Virus record (IMG/VR): IMGVR_UViG_3300022871_000011
Coordinates: 1 to 64,000 of that record
Source: a virus
DNA length: 64,000 bases
Direction: 5' to 3' (one strand)
A program made the translations under genes and the position numbers. The notes below the pieces were generated by a model. That model was not told the DNA's origin and ran no database searches. It was given only the letters and a program-made list of their open reading frames with translations. Positions 46,570 through 56,576 of the stretch are shown in pieces; the first letter of the stretch is position 1; each line of letters begins with the position of its first letter.

Positions 46570-47142
46570 ATGGATGAAGTTAAAATGCCAGGGCTAGTAG
46601 GTCTTGGAGACATCCTTGGAGACGTCATCTTAGACCTTTATAAAGAGGGTCCTAAGGGTGTAGTCGAAAAGGTAACGAAAGCCCAGTATTCTGCGTATGT
46701 GTGTATCACATATACAAAGACACCCGGCGGATTTACAATTCAGGGACAGCTGCAGATGATTGAAAAGCTGCTATGCCCTATCTATCAATCCAGAGGGAGT
46801 TCAGGGTCGTACGTAGACGGAATCGTACTCAGAGCCCTTACCACACACGCTCAATATGACCGTGCAGGTAAGTCGCTTAAACGAAAAACAGAGCAATTCT
46901 ATCATACTGATGGAGATGCCCTGGAATTTATGAAGTTTGTTAAGGTAAGGGACTACAAGCCTCCTTGCCTGGTGTATGCAAAGTTGGACGACGAGAGTCG
47001 TGACAAGCTGCTCGATAGAGATGCGGGCTTATGGGAGGACTACACTCTAATGGCCGAGCGAGAGTTAAGACAACGCTGCAGGTCGTGGAAACAGTCCAGT
47101 AAACCTAAAAAGAGGACTATTAATGGGAGCGAAAGCGCCTGA
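46570..47142 (+). CDS. Hypothetical protein
   Basis: AAGGAG RBS. Confidence 0.7.
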   Translation: MDEVKMPGLVGLGDILGDVILDLYKEGPKGVVEKVTKAQYSAYVCITYTKTPGGFTIQGQLQMIEKLLCPIYQSRGSSGSYVDGIVLRALTTHAQYDRAGKSLKRKTEQFYHTDGDALEFMKFVKVRDYKPPCLVYAKLDDESRDKLLDRDAGLWEDYTLMAERELRQRCRSWKQSSKPKKRTINGSESA

Positions 47143-47272
47143 TGATTTCATGGTGTGGGGCATTGCCCTTGCCATAGGCTGTGTTTTCTTATATTGTCTT
47201 CCAAAGATTATTCTAGTGATAGCCATTGCCGGTCTGGTAATGGGCTTTGCTACAATAGGGAGCGGAAAATGA
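47123..47272 (+). CDS. 49-aa membrane protein (below ORF-track cutoff)
   Basis: MGAKAPDDFMVWGIALAIGCVFLYCLPKIILVIAIAGLVMGFATIGSGK; GAGG RBS; TGA overlaps the next ATG. Confidence 0.5.
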   Translation: MGAKAPDDFMVWGIALAIGCVFLYCLPKIILVIAIAGLVMGFATIGSGK

Positions 47273-47976
47273 GTAATAAGTTAAAACCATCAGCTGACAG
47301 AAAGGTATGGGCCTATAACAATCAAAAGAACACTTTTGGTTTATTGCCCGGACCGGAAGGTACTTGCCCTGGAGCCACAATGGGTCCCGGCGGATGCCGT
47401 ACAGTAGTAGGGAAGAATAGACCCGACTGCTACGTTTATAGACTTATGTCGATCTTTAAAGGTGTAAGAAATGTACTGGAACATAATACGAAACTTCTTA
47501 GAGAGGCAACTCCCGAGGAACAGATTGAGCTATTGAACGCTGAGATAGAAAGGTTCAAAAATGTACACAAGAACGGAGTACTTGCTGCTGATAAATACCG
47601 CTTGCATTGGGCAGGTGATATATTTAACAGACAGTATGCTGAGTCCTTGCGTGCAATGATGCTTACCCATTCGGATATACAGTTCTGGACATACACCCGT
47701 ACGTTCGATGTAATCGATGTATTTAAAGATGTAGATAACCTTAAATTGTATCTATCACTAGACGACTGCAATGCGCAGGAAGGTCTGGATATATACAACA
47801 AGCAGAAGTGGAGTAACCTCCATCTATGTTACCTAGGCGATGATAAACCCCCTGAAGAGGTAGGCTCTTTTATAGCCTGTCCTGTAGATGAGGGTACTAT
47901 AGCGCTTGAGGGAGCTTGCCAAAAGTGTAAGCTATGTTTAAGGGGTCACAACATCTGGTTTAAAACAAAAAGATAA
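47269..47976 (+). CDS. Phage gp88-like Cys-rich protein
   Basis: FGLLPGPEGTCPG..C..CY, RLHWAGDIF, FWTYTR, NLKLYLSLD, ACQKCKLC. Confidence 0.7.
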   Translation: MSNKLKPSADRKVWAYNNQKNTFGLLPGPEGTCPGATMGPGGCRTVVGKNRPDCYVYRLMSIFKGVRNVLEHNTKLLREATPEEQIELLNAEIERFKNVHKNGVLAADKYRLHWAGDIFNRQYAESLRAMMLTHSDIQFWTYTRTFDVIDVFKDVDNLKLYLSLDDCNAQEGLDIYNKQKWSNLHLCYLGDDKPPEEVGSFIACPVDEGTIALEGACQKCKLCLRGHNIWFKTKR

Positions 47977-47994
47977 ATAGTATTAATTAAAAAG

Positions 47995-48020
47995 AATCCT
48001 GCACACGGCGGGGTTTTTGT
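47995..48020 (+). terminator. Probable intrinsic terminator
   Basis: CCTGC-loop-GCGGG followed by TTTTTGTT. Confidence 0.5.
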
Positions 48021-48038
48021 TATCCAAACAAGGAGACG

Positions 48039-49412
48039 ATGACAATGGCTAGTAGTAAAATGCAAAGTAGTTTCGACGTACTTGAAGTAAACCATGAACG
48101 CTTAACTGAAGAACTGATTGATTCCATGGACAGCCGTGTGCCTCTGTATATTTGGGGACCTCCAGGAATTGGTAAATCAGTTGTATGTAATGAGGTTGCT
48201 AAAAATGCAGCCAAGAAGAAGGGTAAATTCTATATTGACTGGAACCGTGCTCCTCGCGCCATTAAACACGCTTTGCGTGACGGTGAATTGGGTTCGGAAC
48301 TTCTCCAGCTGATGATTAAACCCGAGCCTCCGAAGACTAAAACCACCAAACCCGGTGAAAAACCTGCGAAGGTTGAACATAGTCACAACCCTGCGGATGA
48401 TATCCCGTCTGCTCTCGTAAGCGGCCTTATGGTTGCTAGCAACGAAAGAATGGCCAAAGATTTCATTGCAAAGAAGAAGTCCGCTACTGTAGCAGACTGT
48501 TTCATCTTTGCTGATTACAGGCTCTCACAGAGAGATCCTTCTGATATCAATGGTCTTCCCTCCATCAACAGCCGCGACTACGTCGAATGGCGTCCGACCC
48601 TGTTGTTCTCTGTGCTCTCTATGCCAGAGGCTGATGGTATGTTATTCTTTGATGAAATTCCTCAGGCCATGCCGGTTGTACAGAATGCAGCGTATCAGCT
48701 CATTCAGGACCGTTGCTGTGGTGAGATTTCCTTCTCAGATAAGATCGTTGTAATCGCGGCCGGTAACCGTCTCACTGACGGTGGTAACCAGTTCCAGATC
48801 CCTCCAGCACTTGCTAACAGGTTCACACATGTGGAACTGATGGCTCCGACCATTGAGAAATGGGCTGACTGGGGTATTGATCACAATGTTGACTCCCGTA
48901 TTATTGCGTTCTTGCGCTTCAAGCCCTCTTACCTGATGGACTCTATGGATGACGTCCGGAAGAAAAGAGCTATGGCTTGGTGTTCACCTCGCTCTTGGGA
49001 GAAAGCATCTGATAAGATCAAAGGGTTCTCTGGTGCCGGTGAGAAGTCATTCGACCGTATCTATGGTAAGGTTGCAATGGCTTGTGGTAAAGCTAGAGCT
49101 ACGGAATTTCGTGGCTTTATCAAAACCACTGTGTCTTTGAATATCAAAGATATCCTCGCGCACCCGGAAAAAGCAAAGAGCTTCGAGATCGGTATCAAAT
49201 GGGCCCTTATCTCTGCGGTTAGTGAATACTACCGTGAAGACAAGAAGTTCCTGGATGATATCCTCGGGCTCTGTCGCCACCTCTCTGCCGACTTCAGTGT
49301 GTCTATGCTGCGTATGATGCGTCGCTATGACCGTACTCAGTTCGCTACCCGTCTTGCTAAATGTAAGAACAAGGAAGTTGTACTGGACTACATGAAGTAC
49401 TTCGAGGATTAA
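48039..49412 (+). CDS. MoxR-like AAA+ ATPase
   Basis: GPPGIGKS, LFFDEI, IAAGN, ALANRF, SPRSWE; ~90-aa insertion after Walker A. Confidence 0.88.
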   Translation: MTMASSKMQSSFDVLEVNHERLTEELIDSMDSRVPLYIWGPPGIGKSVVCNEVAKNAAKKKGKFYIDWNRAPRAIKHALRDGELGSELLQLMIKPEPPKTKTTKPGEKPAKVEHSHNPADDIPSALVSGLMVASNERMAKDFIAKKKSATVADCFIFADYRLSQRDPSDINGLPSINSRDYVEWRPTLLFSVLSMPEADGMLFFDEIPQAMPVVQNAAYQLIQDRCCGEISFSDKIVVIAAGNRLTDGGNQFQIPPALANRFTHVELMAPTIEKWADWGIDHNVDSRIIAFLRFKPSYLMDSMDDVRKKRAMAWCSPRSWEKASDKIKGFSGAGEKSFDRIYGKVAMACGKARATEFRGFIKTTVSLNIKDILAHPEKAKSFEIGIKWALISAVSEYYREDKKFLDDILGLCRHLSADFSVSMLRMMRRYDRTQFATRLAKCKNKEVVLDYMKYFED

Positions 49413-49413
49413 G

Positions 49414-49683
49414 TTGAGTTTTCAAGGAATAATTGAGTGCGAACATTGCCGCGTCCACGACATAGCTCTGGACCGCGGTGATGGCGTGCCCTTCCCTTGG
49501 TATACCCTTGGGTATCCTGATGGCCCCTTATTAAGGGGTCCTCTACATTTTTGTAGTGCGGAGTGTCTTATGCTATTTCTTTATAGAAAGGAAAAGAATG
49601 CAAACACCGCAAATACTGCGATGCGAGATGCTTTAATAAAACTCAGTGCCGAAATAATAACAGAAGGAGGCAATAATGCCTAG
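49414..49683 (+). CDS. Small zinc-binding hypothetical protein
   Basis: CEHC...HFCSAEC. Confidence 0.55.
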   Translation: MSFQGIIECEHCRVHDIALDRGDGVPFPWYTLGYPDGPLLRGPLHFCSAECLMLFLYRKEKNANTANTAMRDALIKLSAEIITEGGNNA

Positions 49684-51061
49684 AACAGTAATGACAGCTG
49701 AAGAGAAGCTGCACAAAGCTAAGATTAAGCTGCAGGAACTACATCCATTCTTTGCATATTTAATTATGCATATGGGTGCTACCGTTGATGAAGACTGCCC
49801 AACGATGGGTGTCGACAAAAAGGGTAACCTGTGGTACAATCCGGCGTATGTAGAATCTTTATCAGATTCCCTATTAAGAAGTTGTTTAGCACATGAGATC
49901 TCTCATGTTATCCTTGCTCATCTGGCTCGCTATCATAAAGATTGGCAGCCTGACATTGGTAACATTGCAGCAGATATCGTAGCTAATGACTTGCTTGATA
50001 CAGAGGGCTTTGAATTGGATTCCAATTGGATTGTCCCGCGTAACCATGAATATGCCTTCCAGGGTAAGAAAGGTGCCGTCGTAATTGATGACATCGATAA
50101 CAAGTCCATGGAAGAGATCTATGGTATCCTGGAAGCTAACGTCGATATGAAACCTCAGCCTAAATGTGGTACATGCAACGGAACAGGTCAGGTATCTCAG
50201 GATCCCGGAGACTCCGATGGCGAGGGTGATGGAGACGGAGACGGACAGGGTCAAGGTAACAAGCCTTGCCCACAATGTAATGGCTCAGGTAACAGTGCCC
50301 AAGGTCAAGTACCTGGTATGAAAGGTAAATCCCAGGACCAGCATAGGTTCGGAGAAGATAAGGATGAACAGTCAGACTCATTGGATAAAGATAGTGAACT
50401 ACCTGATGAGTGGAAGTTCAAAATTGCTGAAGCTGCTGCGTTCGCGAAGCAACGTGGTCGCCTATCTGGTAATCTGAGTGGCATGGTCGGTGAAATGATC
50501 GAATCAAAGGTTGATTGGCGCTCACAGCTACTGAAGTACATAAGTGCTATGCTGCCATATGATTTTACCTGGTCCAGGCCTTCTCGTAAGTCGGCTTCAC
50601 TTGGTATATATCTGCCTGCGGTTCTGAAGGAGTACCTGGAAGTCGTTGTACATATCGACACATCCGGATCTATCTGTGGTGAGACTCTTAAGGAGTTCCT
50701 AGGAGAGGTCAAGGGTATTCTGACACAGTTCGAAGCAGTTAGGATGACATTGATCATCTGTGACTGTGAGATCCACCAGGTCTATGACCTGACACCGGAC
50801 AATGTACCTGAACTCGAAGAGATGCCTATAGGAGGCCGTGGCGGTACAGCTCACAGGCCTGTCGTAGATTGGATTAATGAAAACAAACAAACAGCACGTA
50901 TCTTTATATCCCTTACGGATGGTTACAGTGACATCGAAAGTTGTTACGATGACCTCCCATTTGGCTGCGACCGTCTTATCTTATTAGATAGAGACAGCGG
51001 TGACATGGAAGCACGTATGGAGCCTTATGGAGAGGTGATCTGTTTAGGAGATCAGAGCTAA
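49676..51061 (+). CDS. Metallopeptidase-like (HExxH) + VWA-like protein (DUF2201 type), MoxR partner
   Basis: AHEISH; MIDAS DTSGS, GRGGT, LTDG; inserted CxxCxGxG pair. Confidence 0.85.
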   Translation: MPRTVMTAEEKLHKAKIKLQELHPFFAYLIMHMGATVDEDCPTMGVDKKGNLWYNPAYVESLSDSLLRSCLAHEISHVILAHLARYHKDWQPDIGNIAADIVANDLLDTEGFELDSNWIVPRNHEYAFQGKKGAVVIDDIDNKSMEEIYGILEANVDMKPQPKCGTCNGTGQVSQDPGDSDGEGDGDGDGQGQGNKPCPQCNGSGNSAQGQVPGMKGKSQDQHRFGEDKDEQSDSLDKDSELPDEWKFKIAEAAAFAKQRGRLSGNLSGMVGEMIESKVDWRSQLLKYISAMLPYDFTWSRPSRKSASLGIYLPAVLKEYLEVVVHIDTSGSICGETLKEFLGEVKGILTQFEAVRMTLIICDCEIHQVYDLTPDNVPELEEMPIGGRGGTAHRPVVDWINENKQTARIFISLTDGYSDIESCYDDLPFGCDRLILLDRDSGDMEARMEPYGEVICLGDQS

Positions 51062-51062
51062 G

Positions 51063-51389
51063 TTGACCACGGAACCCAAAGTTCCAGTTGAAGTGGTCGG
51101 AGAGCACGAACCCGAAGGAGTCCAGGTGGCGTATTACCGTCACCCGGATGACTTCGAGGTTTTCTTCGGCGAGGAAAAAGACACAGAAGATTTATACTGT
51201 GTGGTAATTATACCTTCTAAGAATAGGAGGATATATCAAGGCAAGAAGGCTACTTACGGCTTCTATAAGTCTATGCAGACGATAGAGAAGATGATAGCAG
51301 TGCAACCATTAGTAGGGGACAAAGTAGACCGGCTTAGAGTATTTGAATTTGATAAGAAGCTGGCTGAGTCCGAACCCGGAGGTGAATAA
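51063..51389 (+). CDS. Hypothetical protein
   Basis: ORF in a coupled chain. Confidence 0.55.
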   Translation: MTTEPKVPVEVVGEHEPEGVQVAYYRHPDDFEVFFGEEKDTEDLYCVVIIPSKNRRIYQGKKATYGFYKSMQTIEKMIAVQPLVGDKVDRLRVFEFDKKLAESEPGGE

Positions 51390-51949
51390 TGGGGTGTGAC
51401 ATCCATATTTTTATAGAAAGAGAGGTAGGGGACACATGGATACCCTTACGTAAGTATGATGCGTTCTATGCAAAGCATCCAGAGTGGGGATATGAGATAT
51501 TCTCATTGGATGGGTGGTATAGCGGTCGCAATTATGAGCTTTTCGGGATATTAGCCGCTGTAAGGCGTGAACCCGAGAACATAATAGATGTCCCAAGAGG
51601 GTTACCTGCTGATTGCTCGGAGGGGGTAAAGGAAAGGAGCGATGAATGGGGCACTGATGCCCATAGTCACTCACACTTTACACTGGCAGAGCTGGTAGCG
51701 TTCGATTGGACTAGCAATAAGATTCAAATGGAGGGAGTAGTAAGCTCTAAAGCTGCTAAAGCCTATAAGAATAAAGGTATACCGCCGACGAGGTGGTCTG
51801 CTTGGTCGGCTGACGTAAACGATGAGGAGCGGCTTGAGTGGGAGATAACCGCCGAGTCTTATTGCGCTGAGTTTATGAGTTTAATAGAGGATTTAAAAAC
51901 ACTGGGTAACCCAGATAAAGTTCGAATCGTGTTTTGGTTCGATAATTAG
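51389..51949 (+). CDS. Conserved phage protein (MGCDIH...RIVFWFDN family)
   Basis: MGCDIH, RNYELFGILA.VR, PRGLP, HSHS, RIVFWFDN. Confidence 0.8.
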   Translation: MGCDIHIFIEREVGDTWIPLRKYDAFYAKHPEWGYEIFSLDGWYSGRNYELFGILAAVRREPENIIDVPRGLPADCSEGVKERSDEWGTDAHSHSHFTLAELVAFDWTSNKIQMEGVVSSKAAKAYKNKGIPPTRWSAWSADVNDEERLEWEITAESYCAEFMSLIEDLKTLGNPDKVRIVFWFDN

Positions 51950-51965
51950 GAGGTATGAGTACTTA

Positions 51966-53126
51966 ATGGCTCGTTATTTTGGTAATTTTATAAGTAGGAT
52001 ACCCTTTCTGCGTGAAGCAGAGAGTGATTTGCGCCTACTAGTGTCCAAAGGAAATCTAGTAGCTGGATTAATTTATCCGTTGCTGGGCTGGGCATATAAT
52101 AAGGAACATTTTATAGGAGTATTCGAGACTGACCTAGGGGTCAACTGTTTCGAGATCACTTCGAAGGACAGCGAGAAGAAAAAGAATCTTAATAAATATG
52201 ATCTTGTACAGACTGCTGTAGAACTAGGTCAAGTAGCCACTACAGGCTATAATGGACCAACATCATTTTGTCAACTTAATATACAACAGGTACCATATGA
52301 TTTATTCCTTGATGCCGAGGCAACGGCTGACTTCGACGGCTACTTTATAAATAAGAAGCGCGTAGAGAAGATTGTAGCCAGGAATAAAAAGAGATGTGAT
52401 ACAATAGTCAAGGACTTTAATATACTTGCACAGACAGGCACACAGTGCTTTGATCTGGATAAGAGCCGTAACGGTTATGGGAGCCACGGTATGACAATAT
52501 TATCGCCTTTTCATATACTGTTACAACACAAGGAATACCCACACGTACTGTATAATATCGCATCACCGGATATGCTGTATAAGCAACCGCAGCTTGAACT
52601 GCTGCAGGCTTTTACTAAGGATAAGTCACCCTCCTCCAAGTTTATGGCAATGGTTGAGGACAAGCGTTTAATGCTTCAGTATGATGATCCTATAACATCA
52701 GGTGATGATGGTTACTATCATTCGTCAGACCTGAATGGTACGACTACATATGGTATACCACTAGATGCGGCTGCTATACATGATATAGTTAAGCCTATAT
52801 ACAGGACTATGTTTTCAAATATAACTCCTTCTCGGAAGCCCGTGGTGGCATTGCCATCATATTGGAGGCGCTTATCGTTTCTGTCCCGATTTAAGAATGA
52901 ACGGCTCGCGGGGTCCCAGATACAACTGGATAGTAACCGCATGTTCCGAACTTCTACATCAGGCGAAGAGGCATCTACTGTTGCCACAGAATTCCTTAAA
53001 AGGGTAGACGAAGGTAAGCTTGGAACACCTGACTGCGTCGTCCTAGACGATAGCATCAACGTGGATGAGCTAATAGACGAGTGTCGCATCTATGAATTAA
53101 CAGGTGCACTTGGAGGTATAGGATGA
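51966..53126 (+). CDS. Hypothetical protein
   Basis: 386-aa ORF. Confidence 0.7.
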   Translation: MARYFGNFISRIPFLREAESDLRLLVSKGNLVAGLIYPLLGWAYNKEHFIGVFETDLGVNCFEITSKDSEKKKNLNKYDLVQTAVELGQVATTGYNGPTSFCQLNIQQVPYDLFLDAEATADFDGYFINKKRVEKIVARNKKRCDTIVKDFNILAQTGTQCFDLDKSRNGYGSHGMTILSPFHILLQHKEYPHVLYNIASPDMLYKQPQLELLQAFTKDKSPSSKFMAMVEDKRLMLQYDDPITSGDDGYYHSSDLNGTTTYGIPLDAAAIHDIVKPIYRTMFSNITPSRKPVVALPSYWRRLSFLSRFKNERLAGSQIQLDSNRMFRTSTSGEEASTVATEFLKRVDEGKLGTPDCVVLDDSINVDELIDECRIYELTGALGGIG

Positions 53127-54040
53127 AACTAGACGATGTATTAAAAGTATTGAACATTGACCTGAATAATCATTATTTAGGCAATAAGTGTTCAGTTATG
53201 ACAACCTACTATGATAAGATCGATGTGCTGGCATACTGTCAGACTTACACCGATGCTATGATCATATTCGTTAGAGGCTCAAGAGCATGTGCTTTCCTTT
53301 TACGAATGATACCCACACCGGGTAGCATGCATGATGGCTTTCAGCCAATCACAGCTGGCGTATCATCCAGTTGGTGTATAGACATAGGTAGGATGACTAT
53401 TAAAAAGAAAGAAGACATAGAGGCTATCTTGACGCATATGAGACGGGTTGGAGATCATCCACTCGGTACGTGCTTTGAAGAAGACTATGCAGAAGAGAAG
53501 CTATATGCAGAGGGTAAGATTATGCCTAAGAAGAAATTCCTAGGTGAGGTCGTACTTAAGAGGTGGTCAAAAGCTCACCCGAGGAAATCAGGAAATTTAT
53601 ATGAACCACTGACACCTGTTAGACATACCGGTGACCCTTTCCCTTTTGATAGGGCAAGCAACTCAAGAGGTGGAAACAGAGAAAACACCCAGTTGTATGG
53701 ATTCTTTCTATGTAAGAACGGTAACGTAATCGTATATGAGAGGTATGGTAGCTACGGCGGCAATACTTATACAAAGGCGGTTACTGGTGATGAGTTTCCA
53801 CAAGGCCCGGGCACTATGGTTAATCTGCATAATGCATTGATAGCCTATGAACGAGCAGCAGAAGGACAGCTATTCTGCAATATTGACAGATGGCATGAGA
53901 ATATATACGAAGCCACTAAGAGCTTCGAACTACCGGATGAGGCATATGATAAATTCCGTACCCAGGTTCTATGCAAAGAACTTGATGGTGCACACAGCAC
54001 ATATATGCCTAAAGAAACATATTGGATACCTAAGCAATAA
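53123..54040 (+). CDS. Hypothetical protein
   Basis: GGAGGT RBS; 305 aa. Confidence 0.7.
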   Translation: MKLDDVLKVLNIDLNNHYLGNKCSVMTTYYDKIDVLAYCQTYTDAMIIFVRGSRACAFLLRMIPTPGSMHDGFQPITAGVSSSWCIDIGRMTIKKKEDIEAILTHMRRVGDHPLGTCFEEDYAEEKLYAEGKIMPKKKFLGEVVLKRWSKAHPRKSGNLYEPLTPVRHTGDPFPFDRASNSRGGNRENTQLYGFFLCKNGNVIVYERYGSYGGNTYTKAVTGDEFPQGPGTMVNLHNALIAYERAAEGQLFCNIDRWHENIYEATKSFELPDEAYDKFRTQVLCKELDGAHSTYMPKETYWIPKQ

Positions 54041-54705
54041 TGAAAAGAGTCTTAAAAGACTCTCTCAGCAAAGCGTTCGACTCAATACAGGACGACAGGT
54101 ATCAAGAATATCTCCAACACTTCATGGCCATAGCGCCACAGGACAGTGAAGAGGTATTCAAGCGATTTTTGTTCAGCTTCCTTAGTGTCCAGATCAACTG
54201 GGAACTAAATGTTAAGCTGTACCAGGAACTAGAGAATTACGATTGGTCACGTGGTGAGGAACCCATTAAACAGCTCTTCATAAAAGAGGGTGTAGGCTTC
54301 CAGAATACCAGGCCGCGATTTATACATGACTTCGCAACGAAGTTCCATGAGGACTCTAAGCCCCTTCTAAGAGGTGAAGAGACCTGGCAGGCGTATAGAG
54401 CACGCCTCAATAGGACAGTATGCGGCCTCGCAATAGCGAAGCTTAGCTTTACTGCCGAGATGTACTCGCCTGACCAATCCAGCATCGTATGCCTTGATAG
54501 GCATATGCTGAGGGAAGTCTTTCTCATAGAGAAGACTAAGTATGGGATCAGTTGCAACGTTACGAACTATAAGAAATATGAGCAGATGTGGGTAAAGGAA
54601 AGCCAGGCACGGGGCATGGCACCTGCAATTGCTAGGTTACTATACTGGGATCAGTACATGGGTTATGAAGATAGCTTGTTCTGGTCCAAGGTGTTTGTTG
54701 AATGA
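54040..54705 (+). CDS. HhH-GPD/Ogg-like DNA glycosylase-like protein
   Basis: FSFLSVQ, GLAIAKLSF (HhH with Lys), VCLDRHML (catalytic Asp). Confidence 0.6.
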   Translation: MKRVLKDSLSKAFDSIQDDRYQEYLQHFMAIAPQDSEEVFKRFLFSFLSVQINWELNVKLYQELENYDWSRGEEPIKQLFIKEGVGFQNTRPRFIHDFATKFHEDSKPLLRGEETWQAYRARLNRTVCGLAIAKLSFTAEMYSPDQSSIVCLDRHMLREVFLIEKTKYGISCNVTNYKKYEQMWVKESQARGMAPAIARLLYWDQYMGYEDSLFWSKVFVE

Positions 54706-55205
54706 GTAGAGAGAACTATCTCGAAACAAGCGGCACCTATAGGGCAATGCCTTATTGGGTTGTCGTTTCTCCCACTATGGGATATAGATGTGGCTACGTC
54801 GGTATACCCGACTGCATACATACTAAGTGGAATGAACTAGCCACTATCGAGGAAGATGGTGAGGAGTTAGCAGGTACAGATCATATATACGAAGCAGGCA
54901 TAAACTGCCATGGTGGTGTCACATTCGAAACACAAATGAAAGGTGATGCAGATTGGTACGAATGCTTTGAGGGTATGATGATAGGCTTTGACTGCGCACA
55001 TGCGTGGGATGGCACTGACCCTGAACTGTTAAGTGACAACGGTCTGGAACTAGGACACAGAATGAAGGGTGAAGTACGTACCAAGGACTTCTGTATAGCA
55101 GAATGTGAGAGCATCATTGACCAGCTATGGAGCGGGCCAAGTGGAGATGAGATGAAAGGTGTACTCACAGAACTTGAGTATCAATTAAAAAAGGAGAATA
55201 TCTAA
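54702..55205 (+). CDS. Conserved phage protein (CGYV...HGGVTF...GFDCAH)
   Basis: motif pattern common in phage hypothetical proteins. Confidence 0.75.
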   Translation: MSRENYLETSGTYRAMPYWVVVSPTMGYRCGYVGIPDCIHTKWNELATIEEDGEELAGTDHIYEAGINCHGGVTFETQMKGDADWYECFEGMMIGFDCAHAWDGTDPELLSDNGLELGHRMKGEVRTKDFCIAECESIIDQLWSGPSGDEMKGVLTELEYQLKKENI

Positions 55206-55215
55206 CGCGTTAGAC
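55201..55215. promoter_or_regulatory. Second copy of palindrome TCTAACGCGTTAGA(C)
   Basis: matches 24149-24163. Confidence 0.45.
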
Positions 55216-55222
55216 TATTTAA

Positions 55223-55756
55223 ATGAGTAGAGAACTATTAAATGATAAGTACTGCGTAAGATGCGGTAAAACGAGTGCCACACCATACCTGCAGAAATAC
55301 ACCTATCTCTTTACAGAGAAGGAGGGCTGGCAGGGACAGAAAATAGTGGACATTGGGTGTGGTAACGGACGTAATAGCGAGCACATGAAAGCAGTAGGGT
55401 TCACAGATGTAAACCCGTTGGACATGAAGCCCGACTACGGCGTTGCCATGACACTGGGTGAGGATAAGATGCCCATAGCAGACGGGTCAGCTGATATTAT
55501 ATTAGCCAACTACGTCCTTATGTTCCTGAATCATCGGGAATTTAATCAGGTAATAGATGAAATCAAACGAATAGCAGCCCCGGGTGCATACTTAATGTAT
55601 GAGCTCTACGCTGCTAAAGATAGCCACTGTCCAACCAAACATGAGCTCATCCAATGCAGAGACGGCGTAGCCGCCAAGCTAGGATGGACTAAGGTACGGT
55701 ATGCACAGGAACATTGTATCCTAAAGAATAACAATCGGGTAGACGCCTGGTCCTAG
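55223..55756 (+). CDS. Class I SAM-dependent methyltransferase
   Basis: VDIGCGNGRN, ADIILANYVLMFL, EIKRIAAPG. Confidence 0.85.
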   Translation: MSRELLNDKYCVRCGKTSATPYLQKYTYLFTEKEGWQGQKIVDIGCGNGRNSEHMKAVGFTDVNPLDMKPDYGVAMTLGEDKMPIADGSADIILANYVLMFLNHREFNQVIDEIKRIAAPGAYLMYELYAAKDSHCPTKHELIQCRDGVAAKLGWTKVRYAQEHCILKNNNRVDAWS

Positions 55757-55821
55757 GAGGACAACGAATGAAAATGCTTGTATATTATATATGGAGTCAA
55801 GCACCTTAACACAGGATTAGT

Positions 55822-56172
55822 ATGATCTTCGAAGACATCGATAAAGCCGGCGCCGCATTCACTATGGCATTTGATTACATGGAATGGATATGGACCGACG
55901 ATGACGGGCATTCTTTTAGGCCCCGCTTAGATGACGTAATACATACGCTTGTTAATATGAGAGACTCCCTACTGGACGACGATGGTAAGCATGACTTCAT
56001 CAAGTCACAGGGTCTTATGGTAGATGTAACAGACAGTGGTACCATAGTGTACAGGCTTGAGCCTGATTTAGAGCATGCATATAGATTACTGCACTCTAAC
56101 AACACCGGTGCTAAGTTTGAATGGTTCGGAGAACGCGAAGATGATGTAGATGATTTCCCTTGGGAGAAATAA
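55822..56172 (+). CDS. Hypothetical protein
   Basis: AGGA RBS; followed by hairpin AAGCCCC..GGGGCTT. Confidence 0.65.
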   Translation: MIFEDIDKAGAAFTMAFDYMEWIWTDDDGHSFRPRLDDVIHTLVNMRDSLLDDDGKHDFIKSQGLMVDVTDSGTIVYRLEPDLEHAYRLLHSNNTGAKFEWFGEREDDVDDFPWEK

Positions 56173-56359
56173 GAAAGCCCCGGTGTGGACGACCAGGGGC
56201 TTAAAGAGAGAGGAGTAACGTGTAATGAAACACGTACTTGTTGAGTGTCTCCCATACATTACCACCATATGTTGTGGTTATCAAACTACTATACGTAGTA
56301 TAGTTCAATTTTTATGCTCTAAATATCTTCAAAATAGGCTGGAAATGACCACTTTATTG

Positions 56360-56377
56360 TGGCATTATATACTAGAA
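56360..56377 (+). promoter_or_regulatory. 18-bp motif TGGCATTATATACTAGAA, copy 2
   Basis: identical to 8713-8730; upstream of the small ORF at 56427. Confidence 0.5.
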
Positions 56378-56426
56378 AGAAGTACTAGCTGCTATTTTTT
56401 TAACCCTTAACACAAAGGAGACGATT

Positions 56427-56576
56427 GTGAGCAATGACAAATTGAGGAAACATGCCGAAAGGCTACGGTCCAAACTGGAGAGACCTAAGGATCTATCCAG
56501 CTCAGACTATTATTACACACTTCACGAAGCGAAATGTGTAGCAAGACAAATTAAGAGAAGTAATCGAAGGGGGTGA
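56427..56576 (+). CDS. 49-aa basic protein (GTG start)
   Basis: AAGGAG RBS; open frame to TGA. Confidence 0.45.
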   Translation: MSNDKLRKHAERLRSKLERPKDLSSSDYYYTLHEAKCVARQIKRSNRRG

